Below, one piece after another: positions 59,658-64,000 of a stretch of 64,000 nt of DNA (within the stretch, counting starts at the first letter, position 1; every line of letters starts with the position of its first letter). The notes beneath the pieces are model-generated. The model made no database searches and was not told where the DNA came from. It saw only the letters and a program-made list of their open reading frames with translations. Source of the DNA: Phoronis australis (taxonomy: Eukaryota; Animalia; Phoronida); assembly GCA_002633005.1 (NCBI GenBank), contig NMRA01000290.1, forward strand, positions 457,121-521,120. Reading direction: 5' to 3'. The position numbers and the translations under genes were made by a program.

Positions 59658-59915
59658 TTGGTAATCAGACCAATACTGTGCTTAAAAAAGCAAAAAGGAT
59701 TTATTAAAGGGAGACCCATAGGTGAGAACCTGAAAAACATTTATGACTTGACACAATACATACAGGAAATTAATATTCCACGCCTCCTTGAACTAGTTAA
59801 CTTTGTGAGGGCATTTAAACTCATTTCATGGAACTGCTTACATATTAAGCATTTAGTTTTTAAGAGTAGTGAACATTTTGTGGATTGGGTTCGTCTTCGT
59901 TTTTTCAATGGTTAA
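59658..59915 (+). pseudogene. Degenerate L1/Tx1-type reverse transcriptase fragment
   Basis: QKGFIKGRPIGENLKNIYDL...NIP.LL..VNFVRAF..ISW resembles the L1/Tx1 RT QxGFxxGRxIxxN...DFEKAFDSVxW segment. Confidence 0.65.
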
Positions 59916-62823
59916 ATAAGAAAGTGAGCTTATGCATATTAAATTTATCATGTCAGGATATTATCTTCAGCAAGTTTTCACGCTTGTGTCGAATACTTAA
60001 AATAGAAGTCTTGTAACATTACAAAACAGAAAAATACACATTCTACAAAAATTGCGAATATTCAGATTTTAACTACACATGATCTCCTACAGATATTTTA
60101 TTTGTTGGTTAACATATATGTCTAAAAATCTAGGGAGGCCCCCTGAGTGAGTGTGCAAGAAACCTAACAAGTTTGAATGTATAGTCATTAATAAATACAT
60201 ATCAAAAATAGATAAAATAAGATCACAAGATGTTACAGTCTTTTACAAACATGAATACAGATTTGATTTCTACTACACACCGAAATTCAATCTACTCATC
60301 AACCGAGCACTTTCAGTTAAAAATTGTTTTGTTCTGAAATAGAAAACTCTGAAACATTGTTATTTTAGTGGATAAAAATGTGAGATAAATCATTTGTATT
60401 AAGTAAATTTATTCCAGTCCCTAGCATATATAAATGTTTTTAGAGAATTAAAGATATAATTGACAGATTATCATGGTAAGTGTGAGTGTACTGAGGCTAA
60501 GAGTGACGAGGAGTTATATCAAAGTTGCAGAATGGCAGCATGAAAATTATGTTATTGAAAAATCTTTTGTTATGTGTTTTTATAATACCACCGGCATTAC
60601 TCCAAGTACAGTAGCAGAAGAGGCTTCCTAAATGAAAAAGTTTGTTTAAACTTAAGAGGGTGTACCAAAAAAGTGAACAAAAATACTCTCGGAAACTAGT
60701 AAATGGTTTGATTGGGAAGTTACGGGATTTTTCTCATTCCAAGAATCTAAAAGTTTCCTTTGGAAGGCACAGATGTTGAGAAAAATGCTTTAGATAACTC
60801 CAATTGCAAACAAATAAAGAACAGTTTTTTTTTTCTATTCTCTGCACAGCTACCTCTTGCTCCACATAATGAATACCTCATCAACAACTGCATTCTATGT
60901 TTATTGCGAGACTTTCAGAATGCAACGAAGGCTGATCGCAGTGACTCTTATCACCACCGGGCTGTACCAGCACGAACTTTTTCTCAGAGGCAGGCGATAG
61001 GGGGACGTTTTAACTTCATGATGGCAATTTTACTTTGTATCTGACTAGATGCATTTTAAACAATAGTTAAATTGCCTCTTTGTCCTCTAGAAGACACCGA
61101 TATCTGGTCCAACAAGATCAAACACCACACTGTTACTCCCATTGAACTTGGTTTCCAAATTGAAATGCAGAATATACAGAAACACCTTCAAATAGTTTAC
61201 CAGTAATTCAGTGTTCTCCATCTTGGCACAACAGCCTTGTTAAAAAATCAACAATTTGTGTGCTGAAGCTGCACCACTGAATACGTTTGATGCCAAAACT
61301 AAAAACTTACGTTAAGCGAAACTAACTTTGGGATTCCAGAAAAAAATGATTTCCAGTAAAGCCATACACACACCTAAGAATTCATATTTTAGAATATTTT
61401 GTTTAGGAAATTTTGGGCCAGCCTGTAAATAAAGTTATGCAGGAGTCTAGAAAAGTGTCCAAATTTGACTAATTTCGGACCATCACATCTCAGAAATGGG
61501 GGATTGGATTCACATGAATCTTTCAGAAACTGTTCTACAACACTCATAAATCTAAAATGAAATGATAATTTAGGCAAGAGTAAATACAGCGTTTTTGAAA
61601 TTTCATCTTGAAGATTATAACAAACAAAACATGGCCTTGTTACCGAAACCATTGTTTTGTTATCAAAATGTTCTACTTTTGCATAAGGGGCAATCAAAAA
61701 TAAGACTTTTATGATCTTCATGAAAAAAACAATAGTGTTGCAAAAATGAAATTATGATAACTTAGAAAACTGCAACAGCATTTTTGAAATTTAATTTTCA
61801 AGATTTTGTATCAAACGAAAATTCCTCTTGTTATGGATAATGTTGTTTTGGTATTGATGTACCAATATTTTACTGGAAAAATTTGCTCACTTAATTCAAT
61901 TAACGACAGATTGGCAAAAAGCAAAAATATCAAAATCTATGCCCACTTTCCTGTTATTACTTTCTAAAACTATCTATAATTTTGTAGATAATGGCTATTA
62001 CATAGACTTGTCAAAGAGGTTTTGCATAAAATTAAATCTTCTGAAAAACAAAAACCAAAAATACAGCATAAAAATGAGACTGAAAAAAGTACCAGCAGGA
62101 TGTAAAGATGAATTTCGGGATGTCGATAAAGAACAGAGAAGCATAACGCATGGCGATGTGCTGCTGTAAAGGTTCAAGAAAACCTAAATTTGTGAACCCA
62201 AGTCACTTCAATTCCATGGCCCGGCCACAAGGTTGGGGCTGCGACACTTTGGCTGCAGAGTTAAGTGAATTTGTAAATTCAAATGTTTTGAAGTTGCTAC
62301 TGCGGGACTGAACACCCATTATCCACTGCTTTGTACCGTAGCACATTAATTTTCAATTATTTATTCTTTAAAATTTAGTTATCCTACTCATTTTGTCTCA
62401 TTGTTACTTAATTATAATCAGTGAAATGAGACTATTGGCTCACATTAACTGTTGTTCAAAAGTGAATTTCATTAAATACTGACTTGACTCCTGTTAGATT
62501 TCAGACTTTTCACGTTTTGTCCTTTGTTAGCGTAACAGGTACTGAAACTGAGACAACATTGATTTGGACACATTTTATTACATGTTAAAGTCCACATTCA
62601 GTTGCACACATCCTATGTTACAGTTTCAGCATATCTATACAGTGCTGTATCACTGCCAATATTAAATAAGAACACACTAGTTGTTGCACAAGAAGTTATT
62701 AGAAGCAACACATCAGATTTACACAACATTAAAACACTCAATGAAGTTCCAGATTTGGTTGGCTTGACATGCTTTTTCTGGGTACGTAATGTTGCAATCA
62801 CAGTTTAATTGTCCGATGAACAG

Positions 62824-63999
62824 TTAAATGGGATTTAAAAAACCATGGTTAACAATTCCTGGAAAGTCGCAATCCAACTGCGACGAGACAATATATATGT
62901 GATCAGGATTTCCTTGAGACCAACCAGAATATGCTGCTTCAGTTTGCATTGACTCGTTTCCTGTCATCACAGCTCCATCCGGCTGTGCAGTTGCTTTTCC
63001 CAAATCATTTGGAGATAGTGGAAGCTCATCTGAAATGGTGAGATTTTTTAGCACAACTGACGAAGCATTGTCTAGCTGAAAAGTGGGGTTTGCAAATTCA
63101 TAGCCAGTGATTTCATTGCTTGACAGTGCCGATGTACACGTTGGAGAGTAGGATCTCACTTGCAGATGTGGGCTCAGTTGACCATCAGTTACATGAAGCT
63201 TTGATGGCATCAGAGGTGATGGTGCTGTCTCTCGAATTGAAGGTCGCGACGTTATTCTGTTTCTGCTGCTTAGGTTATTCCCGCCTTTTACTAATGGATG
63301 CTGACCCCTATGTGCTGCTTCCAGGACAGACGACAGGTCATGTTTATATTCAAATGTAGACATGGTAGGTTCCTGCGCTTTTGACATTTTATGTTGGCTG
63401 TCAACAGAAGAACTTAAAGGTTCCTCTGTATCCAGTTTGAATGAATTCTTCGCATTTGCCTGTTTTGGCACACTTCCTAATATTTCAGGTGCCTTCTTAG
63501 ATTTCCGTGCTTTTTCTGACTTATCTTCTTTCTTACCATGATTTGTTTTATAAAATTTTCCTCTTAGAATCCTTGTGCGAAATTGCAGCTCTCTAATTAT
63601 ATCCTTTTTGCAGACAAATGCCAGGAAAATGACAGAGCTCTCGCTTATCAAACAGGTTTGGGCAGCAGCTTTTAAACCAGTATCACTAGAGTTTGCAAAG
63701 TACAGGAAATGCACAATCAAATTCAAGCTCATTATTATGGAACATGCCACATTGCGCAACGTATTCATCTTCTCTGCTCGGCTCATTTCAATTTTGTTCC
63801 TCGGGTCCTTTTCTCGGAAACTCTTGATCATTGTGACACAGCAGTTGCTATATATGAGGAAGTTGGTGAACATAAAACAAGCACAAGGCACGACAAAGAA
63901 AGAGAGCAGTGCTGGAACGGTAGATACGAAGCACTTGCCGGCACCGATCCCCAAGTTGAAACCCAGAATTTCCTGCTCACCCACATCCCCTATAAGAAA
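62824..63999 (-). CDS. Family-B/adhesion (Methuselah-like) GPCR, C-terminal part: ECL2, TM5-7 and long S/P-rich tail
   Basis: GxGxxCFV (ECL2 Cys), LLSFFVVPCACFMFTNFLIY (TM5 with P...N), hydrophobic TM6, and SSVIFLAFVCKKDII (TM7/helix 8). The frame is open to the window edge; a possible acceptor tttcttatag also lies there. Confidence 0.7.
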   Translation of the reverse strand, partial: FLIGDVGEQEILGFNLGIGAGKCFVSTVPALLSFFVVPCACFMFTNFLIYSNCCVTMIKSFREKDPRNKIEMSRAEKMNTLRNVACSIIMSLNLIVHFLYFANSSDTGLKAAAQTCLISESSVIFLAFVCKKDIIRELQFRTRILRGKFYKTNHGKKEDKSEKARKSKKAPEILGSVPKQANAKNSFKLDTEEPLSSSVDSQHKMSKAQEPTMSTFEYKHDLSSVLEAAHRGQHPLVKGGNNLSSRNRITSRPSIRETAPSPLMPSKLHVTDGQLSPHLQVRSYSPTCTSALSSNEITGYEFANPTFQLDNASSVVLKNLTISDELPLSPNDLGKATAQPDGAVMTGNESMQTEAAYSGWSQGNPDHIYIVSSQLDCDFPGIVNHGFLNPI

Positions 64000-64000
64000 T

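Overview
Eukaryotic (invertebrate metazoan) genomic DNA with GT-AG introns. Six protein-coding loci were reconstructed by hand with phase-consistent splicing. (1) The 3' end of clathrin heavy chain (+, 9 exons, 73-6801). (2) A 2-exon divergent CDK2AP1/DOC-1-like gene with a long S/T-rich C-terminal extension (-, 7787-9170). (3) A 4-exon gene for an ~1208-aa protein with one divergent HMG box (+, 12574-19305). (4) A complete 6-exon L-serine dehydratase (+, 23460-32265). (5) An LPCAT1/2-type acyltransferase with EF-hands and a KKxx end (-, at least 11 exons, 42802-58388). (6) The 3' part of a family-B/adhesion-type GPCR (-, 62824 to window edge). Mobile DNA includes a deleted BEL/Pao LTR element carrying a nested LINE that itself carries a MITE, two decayed Kolobok-like elements (THAP plus convergent KolX/P2X7-ballast-like ORFs; one nested in a TTAA MITE), several MITEs, Helentron-type repeat arrays and an L1/Tx1 RT fragment. 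The most unusual part is the ~14 kb island between clathrin and serine dehydratase: the head-to-head CDK2AP-like/HMG-box pair followed by an unidentified, intronless, frameshifted, virus-like ORF cluster (20.2-21.8 kb). All family assignments are from motif recognition, not database searches.
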